A stretch of DNA of 63,294 nt, the filler included, from Folioceros fuciformis (Eukaryota), in NCBI GenBank assembly GCA_049999805.1. It is 9 parts of 9 records of this genome, joined end to end, with 100 filler letters (N's around TTAATTAATTAA, not from the genome) between each part and the next. Parts side by side here need not be neighbours in the genome. Positions count along the whole stretch, not along the records: positions 44,179 to 55,677 come from JBNGIO010005786.1; positions 55,778 to 60,626 come from JBNGIO010005787.1; positions 60,727 to 63,294 come from JBNGIO010005791.1; 6 more parts are not named here. One strand, 5' to 3'. The position numbers and the translations under genes were made by a program. Positions 52,874 through 63,294 of the stretch are shown piece after piece. Every line of letters begins with the position of its first letter. The first letter of the stretch is position 1. Below the pieces are notes generated by a model. That model saw only the letters and a list, made by a program, of their open reading frames with translations. It was not told the origin of the DNA and did not search any database.

Positions 52874-53580
52874 ATCCAAAGTCAGTCACAGGGACCGCCT
52901 CTAATGAAGTCAGGGAAGGAACCGTCATATCCAAACAAAAGGGTGAAAGCATGTCACGGGCAAGGTCTTGCAATGATATGATAGTCAGTATAGAAAAAGG
53001 CAGAGATGGAGGATAGCTAGACAGAGGGCAACTCGACGTTCTTCTCCGTGGTCTGCCCTTGAAGTTTGAGATAGTCTGTATGGTGGACGATCTTAAGGAA
53101 GCGAAATCAACATTGGAATCAACATTGGAGCACGTTGTCAGGCATCCTTACTTCGACAAGGACAAACCCTTTCTGTTTTGCGTAAATGCCCATGGTGAGT
53201 CTGAAGATGATGGTAGAGAGTATGTTTGCTTAGGTGAAGTAGACAAGGCATAGAAGCTTTATGTTGAAGAAGTTATTTTGAATTCCATCGTTGAATGCAG
53301 GAATTTGGCAAACAAGCCTAAGGTGGTTGTCATAAATGTTTGTCGAGGCACTAGTAGTCTTGCCAAAAGCGTGAAAGCGCAGCGTTCAGGCACCGCCAGC
53401 CTTGCCACTACTAGCAAAGCCATGGGCTCAGACGTAGAGGAAAGCTAGGGTCCCAGCAAGAGAATTCGACCCGTGTATTATACGAGCAACTTTCTCACCG
53501 TGTACTCCACCAGTCCTGGAGACGAATCTTTGAGAGATGTCAAGAAAGGCCCAAACTTCATCATAGCTTTCATGAACTTC
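52874..53580 (+). pseudogene. Caspase-like (peptidase C14A type) gene, disrupted
   Basis: Removing a 5-bp duplication (ATGAT, 52973-52982) and reading through three TAGs gives SYPNKRV..GLAMIVSIEKGRDGG*LDRGQLDVLLRGLPLKFEIV..FLFCVNAHG..ECRNLANKPKVVVINVCRG..NFLTVYSTSPGDESLRDVKKGPNFI. Confidence 0.85.
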
Positions 53581-53626
53581 ATCATAGCTTTTGTTTTTGT
53601 ATGTTTGCTTAGGTGAAGCAAACAAC

Positions 53627-54086
53627 GGCGAGAAGCTCCGGCAGAGTGTGGTAAGCCACTACTGGTGGGATCATTGTGTACCTCATTGCCCGTGGCTGAG
53701 GCCACCACGTGATCTCATCGTCACTTGCTTAACAGAAAGAGATATGAGTGATGGTCATGGAGATCACCCCTCATGAAGTTAGGATGAGGTCTTCAAGAGT
53801 TCTAACCATTAGGAACCTTCTTTTGTTTATTGAACTTGGCCCACTGCTGGAAGAGTGTCGGATTGATCATGGTGCATGCTAGTCCTTGGGACTGGAAATT
53901 TAATGCCAAAACTACAACAGAAGGGAATAGTAGGATGAGGTTGATTGTGCGAAGCCGTGATGCAAACCAGATTTAGTCCCCACGGCCCGGTGACGGAAAT
54001 GTGTCAGGTACATTTCAAGCCTAGTGAGCTTGCCAGTGCCACACAAGTAAGGCACTAGAAAGCTTGCGCATCTGCCTGGTTTGAAG
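53627..54086. repeat. Dispersed repeat, copy B (copy A at 30378-30777)
   Basis: Direct alignment with transition-type mismatches. Confidence 0.93.
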
Positions 54087-54705
54087 GCATAGGATAGACT
54101 GTTTGTCTAGCATTGCTTGGAGAGGGAATCAATGCGGTGGCAGGCGTATTCGCATGAAGGAGGGCAATTGACCTTCCTTGGATTTTATTATTCCCTCAAC
54201 AATAGCTAGGACTTCCAACAACACCAAGGTGGGTTCTAGGAGCAGAGACAGTATCCCCTCACGGAGTATCCTCTCAAGGCACATGAGCAGCAATAATAAT
54301 TGGAGAAGTTGACCCAGCAAGTAACCATGCTGCTAGCTTCTCGACAAGAATTATCGTAAGAGGTCATAGTATGTGGGAGGGACCTCACAAAATTTGAGGA
54401 AATGAGAAAGGTAGTGGATGGAAAATTATAGGAAGAAGTGTCTCATGAAGGATCTACTTGGCAAGCTGGATGAGCTAAAGGCACAAACTACTAAAGCGAA
54501 CGAGGAACTACCAAAGCATCTTGAAGTGGGTCAGCAAGAGCGAGTAGAGAGGGAACATTTCACCACCCCATTAGAAAACCTCTAGAGCGAGAAAGCAATT
54601 TAGGTAGTTGAGCACAAAGCCAAGATTCATAAGATGCTTGTGGTCTGGGCTAAGGTTTTGTGATGATTAGGTGTTGGTGCTTGGGTGCATGACGAACGCA
54701 AGCTT

Positions 54706-54831
54706 CATGCATATCATAAGGAAAACCTCAACCTCCAACTAAAGGCTCCATGCATATCATAAGGAAAACCTCAACCTCCAACTAAAGGCTCCATGCATAT
54801 CATAAGGAAAACCTCAACCTCCAACTAAAGG
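54706..54831 (+). repeat. 43-bp tandem repeat x~3
   Basis: CATGCATATCATAAGGAAAACCTCAACCTCCAACTAAAGGCTC repeated. Confidence 0.95.
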
Positions 54832-56099
54832 TAGGGATTGCAAACCAAGATGGCTGTGGGACATCTACAAGAGTAGGTGCGAGGGGGGCGATTGGGCTGT
54901 TGACTTGGATGGCATGGATCTGGCACAACATAGTCGTAACCTCCACCTATGCCAACATCTCCTTATCCATCACAAGAAACTAGTGGCATTTGCGAGGCAA
55001 TGGTATCTTGGGCCACATGATGATGATTGCAAGGCCATGGTGGCCATGCCCTTAACATCAAATTTTCAAGAGGATAGCAGCATGGATCTACAAAGTTCGG
55101 ATTGGGAAAGCCATCTTGGACCGAAATGAGCACGCGGCAAGAGGGATGGGGAGGTCACACCTCGAGTAGTATAGGATTTCGAGCTGGGGAAAAGGAACCT
55201 ACCCACGTAGTGAAGCTATCTACGATGGGAGTAGTAGGGAACCTACCTACGCAAGTTGTAGTAGTGTGTGCCAACCTATGGCAATCGTAGCAATGAGCCA
55301 ATTGTAGACAGAAAAAAGTTTAAACATCCCCTCGCCAAGTGTAAGACTCGGTGTTTTCTTTGTTTTTAAACAGGGAGGATGCGAAAGCGGCTTAAGTTGG
55401 GGGTAGGGAGGGGTATATATGCACAAGACCTCCTTGGGTCTTGAAGTTTTGAGATGGATCAATAACTGGACCAGGGGTCAGGTTGGGACAGGTGCTACTT
55501 GGTCCTTGGGTCTTGGTGTTCGGGTGAATTCTGGAGAGTCCAGCAGCTGGGAGTCGGGAGCAACAGGGAGTTTCGACGAGGAGGCCATTGTCAGTAGGAA
55601 GAGGAAGGCAGGGGCCGGGCGGAAGACTCCTACTAAAAGGATGAAGGTCAGTGCGCGTACCACCAGGGTGGCAAGGGNNNNNNNNNNNNNNNNNNNNNNN
55701 NNNNNNNNNNNNNNNNNNNNNTTAATTAATTAANNNNNNNNNNNNNNNNNNNNNNNNNNNNNNNNNNNNNNNNNNNNATCTTCAACACTTCGTCTTAATG
55801 AAGCTTGAGAGCGGCGATGATTCCTTGCCATTTGTGAATTGGGAATCTAGTGTAGAAGAGGAGACTTGCAAAGGATGGCTTGTAGAGAAAACGGTGGAGG
55901 GAAAAGAAGCGTTTAGGGCTCCTTCTCCCCTACTTTCTCGTTTAAATGCCATTTGCTTATACCCCTTTAGATCCCATTCAAGAATTGTTTCTAGCGTTTG
56001 CTTTTTGACTAAACTATCATTCACACATCTAAATGTATGAACTACTCCATGATCTAAACATGATGCCTGGAGACCATGGAGATGGTCCTAGAGCCTAGG

Positions 56100-56356
56100 G
56101 CTCTGATACCAAGTTGGAAGACTACATGCGGAAGCGTGTCTTCAATACAAAAGATAAATTAAGAATAATACAAAATACAAATAGTTGTCCTTTTATAGGT
56201 ATCACCCTAAAGGGTGTGACTTTTCACTAGCCTAGCAAATTAACATAACTCTTGGTTGGCTAAACTAGTATGACTTATGGTTACTTAACTCTAGTGGACT
56301 GGTACCCCTTCTAACTAAATTCAGTCGCATCCTGCAGCACACAAGGTTTTCCAACT
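56100..56356 (-). mobile_element. PBS (tRNA-iMet) plus 5' LTR of a minus-strand LTR element
   Basis: GCTCTGATACCA at 56100-56111 is the reverse complement of the PBS. It is followed by an AT-rich block bounded by the inverted 8-mers AGTTGGAA and TTCCAACT. Confidence 0.7.
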
Positions 56357-56638
56357 GCTATCCAGCTTCTTCACTGCAAAGAAGACTAGCAGCCGACACT
56401 CCCAGCTCGTGATCTGCCAACGCTGATCCATCGCGAATTCTTTCCAAGCATGGCGGCGGGCCATCTCAGCTCTGCCTCGCGCCCTTTTTCTCTACTTCCT
56501 GGCATCCTTGCAGCGATGCTAGTATAGCAGGAACACAGCTATGACGAAGGCGCAGAGACTAAGGCACTGTGACAGTGCTCCCGCCATTGCTCGTGGTTCG
56601 ACGCTCGCAGCTAACAATCTGCTGTGTTTACAGGGGCG

Positions 56639-56838
56639 TGTTTGGAAGTAACCCCGTTAGGGTTAGCTTTACTTAAACATAGCAGCTGTTAGGTTATGAA
56701 TATATACTTTAGGTTTGAGCTATTGCCAAAGGTCATGACTCTTCAAGAGTCCTGTATATAAACACTTTTGTTGATCATAATTAAACATCTTTTGTGCATA
56801 ATATTCTTCCTATAATACTCTTATGTTTACACCCAACA
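56639..56838 (+). repeat. Probable 3' LTR (200 bp)
   Basis: TGTTTGG...CCCAACA preceded by PPT-like AGGGGCG; internal TATATAAA. Confidence 0.65.
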
Positions 56839-58498
56839 GTAGGCAACCTGGTAGCGGCAAGCGGGCTGGGGCTGGCCAATGCTGGGTCAGGCAGGTGACC
56901 AAGCTGGCGATCCGGCAAGGTAGGCCGAGCAGGTTCGGGAAACCAGTAGGTAGTTCANNNNNNNNNNNNNNNNNNNNNNNNNNNNNNNNNNNNNNNNNNN
57001 NNNNNNNNNNNNNNNNNNNNNNNNNNNNNNNNNNNNNNNNNNNNNNNNNNNNNNNNNCCTGCGGGGGCTGAGTCGCCGCGGCTGTGTGATCAGCTGGCCG
57101 GACCGGGGCTAAGGACGGGGCTGGCTAGCTGGGTGCAGCTAGCCGGCAGGGCACTTCGGGGCTGCATCAGTACCAGATCCAGGAGGCAGGCCATGGCGGC
57201 TGGCGACTCGGCATCCAGGTGGAGTGCAGGTAGCCGAGCTGGGTGGCTACGGCCGGTCGGGGCTGGAGGTAGTCCGGGGCGTCGGCATGCAGGTAACCCG
57301 ACAGCAATAGCCCAGCCGATCAGGCTATTGACAGGTAGCTGGCAGGGGCTACAGGGAGGTGTGCGGGCTAGTCCAGGGCAGGGCGGCCTGCGGGGGGGGG
57401 AGACCAGGCTGGCAGATCGAGGCAGGCGGCTGGAAAATTAGCCAAGGGTGTGCCATACTCGAGCCGGACGCACTGGCCGGCAAGGCAGAGAGCGGGAGCT
57501 CGGGGGGCTAGGATGTGAAGAAGGCTAACAGCGGAAGCAGGAGCAGGAGATTGACAGGCATTTGGAGATGGACGAAGAGAGGCGCGTTGAGGGGGACGAG
57601 ATTGCTGCCGGAAGTGGCCGCTCGGTTGAGGAGACTGGATCGGGGAGTGGCGAATCGGTGCAACATCAGGCTGAGGTTCCCGAGGGGCAAGATCATGAGG
57701 GGTCCGCTTCCTGTGCAAACCGGGGGGTTGTTGGAGAGCATTCTGAAAACCAGAGTGAACATGTCCTTGAGAGTCGCGTGGGCGGAGGGGATGGAGTCGA
57801 CGGGGGATCAACCGGTGAGGATGTAGCTGACAGTCTCGAGGATGGTTTGGCGAAGGAAGGGGGAATAATTGATCATGAGCGAAATGTGACCAAACCAGAC
57901 ACTTATCTTCCGCTGGAAGAAGAGCTACTGGCTGAAAACTCTGACAAGCCATCTAGAAGTCCCTAGTAGGGGGGAGAAGGGCCGTGGGTTTCGAGAAGGG
58001 CGGATGATGAGAAGAGCGATGGTGCCCTGGGGCAAGGGATTTCTCTGAGGAGTTTCTCCTCCAACGAGCACATGAAGAGAAGGTCGCAAGCTTTTGGATG
58101 GGGGGGCAGACCAGTTCCCACTAACCGTGACGAGTCGAGAGAGCCATCTCTTCAAGTTAAACCTGATGTACTTGTTGGAGCCATGCATGCAGCTGCACAA
58201 AAGCAAGATGAGACAAATACCCGTGAGTTTAATAGGTCTCTGCAGAAGTTAAGGAAAGAGCGACAAATACCCGTGAGTTTAATAGGAGGAAAGAGCGACA
58301 AATACCCGTGAGTTTAATAGGTCTCTGCAGAAGTTAAGGAAAGAGCATGCGCCCAAACTGAAAGATGCTCATGCAAAGGAGCTGATGAAGGCCGAAGCCG
58401 CAAACCGTCTACATAAGGAGCAACGGGAAGCTGACGAGAGGGTGAGGCCATTGCAACAGGCAGTAGAGGAGAGACTGAAGAATGAACTCACGCGAAAG

Positions 58499-58602
58499 GA
58501 TAAAAACAGCTTGAGTCTAGCGATAAAAACAGCTTGAGTCTAGCGNNNNNNNNNNCGATAAAAACAGCTTGAGTCTAGCGATAAAAACAGCTTGAGTCTA
58601 GC
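58499..58602 (+). repeat. 23-bp tandem repeat
   Basis: GATAAAAACAGCTTGAGTCTAGC x>=4 across a 10-N gap. Confidence 0.88.
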
Positions 58603-60726
58603 TCCGATTCGAGTCTGGCTTCAAGCAAGGGGGTTACGGTGGCCTGGACAAGGATCGGAGGCGCAAGTTGCTAGAAGAATGTGTACAGGCGTACACATTC
58701 AATTAGTACAGTCGTGCTGCTAGTGGGTGGGAAGCCCAGTGATGGTTATGTTGACAGGAATGGTGGGATGTCATCTCCAGTGCCAAGTGTGGGGGAAAAT
58801 ATTGCACTCGGGGGTGCTGCGAGGTCCACACAAACCCTCTTTGTCGTTATACCATTGGGATTCAATTCCAAGGGAATGATTTGTGTTAAATAATGTAGGT
58901 TGTCTCACAAAGTCAATTACTACCTTAGGTCAGTCTAGCATGGCTACTACTACCACCTGCCCGGCTACCTTGACTTGACCACGACTCCACTACCAGCATC
59001 GCCCCCTCAACTACCTTATCCCCGGGCTACCTTGCGATCGGCCCAGCTGCTCTGTCGCCCCTACGGCTATTACTGCTCTCGGCTACTTCCATTTCCCCCT
59101 TGACAACGGTCGCCCAACTGGCTACCTCAGTGGGGTCCACACACTCTCTCTTTCTCTCTCTAACTCACACTTTCTCTCTTTATCTCTCTCTCTCTGTACT
59201 CCCTCTCTCTACTTACCCCACGGCTTACTTTTCTGGCTTATGCCTCCTTTTGGATGAGATCCACCGCGGATCTCTCTCTCTTACTGGGGATCACCCTTTC
59301 CTCACGGCACACACCCCTCCATCCACTCACGTCTACTCACTGCCCCTCTCAAGGATCAAAGGCACTCAGTTCACACACACACACACAGACACGAACCTAC
59401 ACATACCTACCCGGCTCTCAATCAGTCAGTGCGCCCTCCTCCACTGCCGCATTCTGCTCACAACCCCAGGCCAGACTCCTCACGTCCACTCACGCATCCC
59501 TGTGCTTCAGTCAGATACACACCTATAAACTTCTCTTCACCTCACAGCATCCCGTCACAGCACATAGGCACATCTAGTTCTCGTCACACTCTCGCTCTAT
59601 TTATTCTCTCGTTAGCCGCGACTACACACCCGCGGCGCTCACCCTCACCGCTCCGATTTTACGGTTCCTCAGCTCCACTCTCGACTCACTGCTAACTCAC
59701 ACACAGTCACCCCAATCGTTCAGTTCCACAGTTTCTTCCTCCTGTTATCACCACACCCGCATTCTGCGTCCACTCGCAGCTCTCACTGTGGCAGCCACTC
59801 AGGCCCACCCGCTTGCTTTACCAACACACAATCCTCGACACACTCTCAATTCTTAATCCACTCACGACTTTCGACTTCTCTCACCAGCGCGTCCCTTCTG
59901 GGCCTTCTCTTCTCTCTGAAGTTTGAAGGAATGGTGGGTCACCGAAGGCTAAGGGAAGAGGTATCCACTTCCACTCCGAACTCGCGGATTCGGCCTCCAG
60001 CACCTTTATCACTCCACGCAATCGTCACAGGAATAGCTGGGGAGTTCGTCTCCCACTCGATGAGGTCTCTCCTCTCGATTCGTTCCCGGTTTTCGATTAC
60101 GAAGCATCCACCACATGCACCCACACCTTCAAAACACTACGTGCGCTCGATTGCCTGGACTTCCTGTCCAGCAATAGCCATCACTAGGCTTCCTCAAGGT
60201 CGGAATGTCTGACTGGTTTCTTGCTGATTTTTCCGAGGCCTCAAACTGGCCTCTTGTACACGGTAGTGGCGGTCTTTCCGCCATAAAGTCTGTCAGGAGT
60301 CAGTCAGCGCTCTTAAATTCTGAGCGGCTTAGGTCCAAGCAAAAACAATCTAAAAAAAACTAGTCTGGATTGTAATTACTGTTGCCTTCGTATTTGCCGC
60401 TGGCGCCTTCCTCCTGGCCGTCACGCTCCCCCCCCCTACTGGTCCGCCTTTGGCCCTCCTGCCCCGCCGCTGGTTAAGCAGGTCCTCCCACATGACCTCC
60501 ACCTCACTACTGCTGCTGCTGGCCCTCGCTGGTGGCGGCACAGGTGGGTTCCGTTGCAGGAAATTCCTCTCCTCCCTCTGTTGCCGATTACTGAGGATGA
60601 GGACAGGCTCCCGTTCAACCCACCGCNNNNNNNNNNNNNNNNNNNNNNNNNNNNNNNNNNNNNNNNNNNNTTAATTAATTAANNNNNNNNNNNNNNNNNN
60701 NNNNNNNNNNNNNNNNNNNNNNNNNN

Positions 60727-62985
60727 CCTGGAATGGGTAACGACCCTTGTTCGTTTGTTCAGCACCTTGTAGCCCTTAATGCCTAAACCCTCTATGAACC
60801 CAATGAAAATGCATGAATTTGACTTAGGTTTGAACTTTCTGCGCAGGTCCTTATGGATTTGTGTGTACACAGTCGAGCCAAACACCCGAAGGTGAGAGAG
60901 ATTGGGCTTCTTGCCTGTCCACATTTCGTAGGGAGTTTTTCCCTTCACTGACTTGTGAGCAATCCGATTCTAGATGTAAGTAGCATAGCTGATTGCCTCT
61001 GCCCAGTAAGCTTTGGGCAGGTTTGCATAGTGGAGCATGCTGGAGGCTGAGGTCTCCAAGGACTGATTTTTGTGCTCCGCCACCCCATTCTGCTGTGGGG
61101 TATATGCATTTGTCAGCTGCCTCGCTATGCCATGTGTCTTGCAAAATGCATCAAATTTGCTAGAGGTAAACTCTCCTCCACTGTCTGACCGCAAAATCTT
61201 GAGGCGATGACCAGTGTGAGTTTCTACCCATGCCTTGTACTCCATAAAACAAGCGAACGTTTCGGACTTGTGCTTCAGAAAATAGACTACACAAAAGCGG
61301 GTGTAGTCGTCAATGAATGTGGAAACATATTCCTTCCCTCCTAATGATACTGGCAGCTTGCCACGAACATTGCTGTGCACCAAGCCTAGTATTTTAGTTG
61401 CTCTTGTGGCTTGTCCAACAGGGAAAGAGGAACGCTTGTGCTTGCCAAGCACACAAGCTTCACAAACTCTGAAGATATGCAAATTATCCAAGGTGATGTC
61501 CTCGACCAGCTTGTCCTTATACATGTTGACCAACTTCTGGAAATTAACTTGACCCAGGCGGAGGTGCCACAGGTATGTAAGCGAGGGCTGTGCATAGTGT
61601 GAGGAATCTCCAGCTGAATATGCCTTGGCTTCCTTCATATCGAGGTGATACAAATCATCCGTTTGCAGATGTCCAGTGGCCAAGAGAGTACCACTTTTGG
61701 TCTCAACAACGCATCTGCCTTCTCCAAAACATACATAACAGCCTGACTGATCTATTTTGCGTACTGAAACCAAGTTCTTGGCCAGTCTGGGCACATATAG
61801 GACATCGGAAATCTCCAAATGCTGATCAGGTTGCAAGTCTAGTTGTATGGTCCCTTTGTCCAGCAATCTCGTACTGTGAGTCGTCTCCTAAACAAACGTA
61901 CTTGGCAGGGCTGCTCTCTTTGAGCTCAGTGAAATATGCAGCATGAGGTGTCATATGCTGCGAGGCCCCACTGTCGACATACTAGGCATGGCCAAGTTGG
62001 CTGGCAAAACAGGTAACTACGTTGCACATGCTTTGATCGTGATCTCGAGGTGAGATCACTTGTGTGTCAAGAATGACACTAGCACAGAATGCTCTACTAT
62101 ACTTCTGCATTGTTATTGCCAGCTGCCCAAAGGGTCCTCCTTCTCTAGCCAGTCGTTTCCGACAAACTTCCCAGGTATGATTATTCATACCACAGAATCC
62201 GCATGATGGCCTACCTTTGCTTGTGCCAAACGCTAGAGGCCTTGGGGGCATGCCTTTGCCTCTACCCCTGCCTCGTCCAAAGGGGCGACCTCGTCCCCTA
62301 CCTCGTCCAAGTTTGCCCATCCACAGGGCCTTGTCAGCTCCTCCTGAAACAAAGGTATGCACTATTTTCCTTTGAGATTCTTCAGTGAGCATTGCTGAAA
62401 TAACTCGGTTTACTAATATTGGCCTCACATCTTGCAGCCCTTGGACCACACTTGTCCATGTCTCCGGCAGTGTGGTGAGAAGGATAACTGCTAGTAGCTC
62501 CTCCTCGAGTATAAACCTGCCGACACCAGCCTGGCTCTGCAGTTGCGAAAATCCAAGACATGCTTGTCGACGGGGTCAGACTCCTTCATCTTTTGTTTAA
62601 GTACATAGGTCTGCAACATGAGGTCCCGCAAGTCATAGAGTAGCTTCACTTCTTTCCACCAGGTTGCTGCACTCTCGTCAGCTCCCTGGAACACTCCAGT
62701 GTGGGAGCTCTTCACGCTGAAGTGAAGGAGGGTACAAGCCAGTTGGTCAACCTCCTCCCACCTAGTAACTGAATCAGAGTCAGTGACCGGAGGTGTGGGT
62801 GTGGGAACTGGCGGATTTCCCACACCATGAACATGCGCCCATAGTTTCCTGGATTTCAGGATTTCTTCCATGCTTTTCTTCCATACATGGTAATTCTCTC
62901 CATCAAACTTGTCTTCCTTAGGAATGTTGATGGGGGCAATTGATGCAACTTGCTGTTGTTGTGCCATTGTACTCCATACTCTCAC
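60727..62985 (-). mobile_element. Ty1/Copia retrotransposon 4 (gag-PR-INT), degenerate
   Basis: gag KFDGENYHVWKKSM, CGFCGMNNHTWEVC, protease VDSGASQHM, LWHLRLG, RSDSGGEF, YTPQQNGVAE and PYEMWTGKKP. Confidence 0.94.
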
Positions 62986-63294
62986 TTTTACATGGGTGCA
63001 AAGTCCACCTTGAAGGAAACGTGCTGACCAGGTTCTTTGCAGGCTTCCAATTTGACCTTGAGGGTTAGGACTTCACTCAGAGAGTACTCCAACAGGATAT
63101 GATGCAGGGTATGTGATGGATACTGCCTGACTATGTAAGTAGGTTGCTCCTCATCTTGTCTGGAAAACAATTGCTTCAAGTGGTGATACAAATGTTGAGT
63201 GGCTGAATCTGCTGTAGTGGGAAAATGTAGAAAAAGAAGTTCTTGATTGGAAGGGAGCAGCATTTTGGTCAAAGAAGATCAGAAACATCAATGC

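Noticed and set aside
54706-54831. Tandem repeats as CRISPR-like arrays (also 58499-58602 and 33798-34035)
   Set aside because: No unique spacers, no cas genes, and a eukaryotic context.

Overview
Eukaryotic, repeat-rich land-plant nuclear DNA. The ~80-140 bp GT-AG introns, PLS/E-class PPR genes and short-LTR retrotransposons suggest a bryophyte such as a hornwort (inference). The window is not contiguous. Nine scaffolds are joined by artificial 100-bp N44-TTAATTAATTAA-N44 spacers, so neighbourhood across spacers is meaningless. It holds one apparently intact multi-exon MAK/MHK-type (TDY) protein kinase gene, and pseudogenes of sucrose-phosphate phosphatase and PPR proteins. Mobile elements include four decayed Ty1/Copia elements with nested solo LTRs, a chromoviral Gypsy, an intact Athila-like gag-protease fragment, an L1-type LINE and an RNase H-bearing I/Tad1-like LINE. 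The standout is an unannotated, disrupted gene at ~52874-53580. Its conceptual translation aligns with animal-type (true, C14A) caspases rather than plant metacaspases: AHG dyad His, LANKPKVVVINVCRG, a p10-like NFLTVYSTSPGDESLRD..GPNFI segment, and both S1 arginines. An uncharacterised antisense ORF of probable retroelement origin, showing only synonymous changes between two copies, is also notable.
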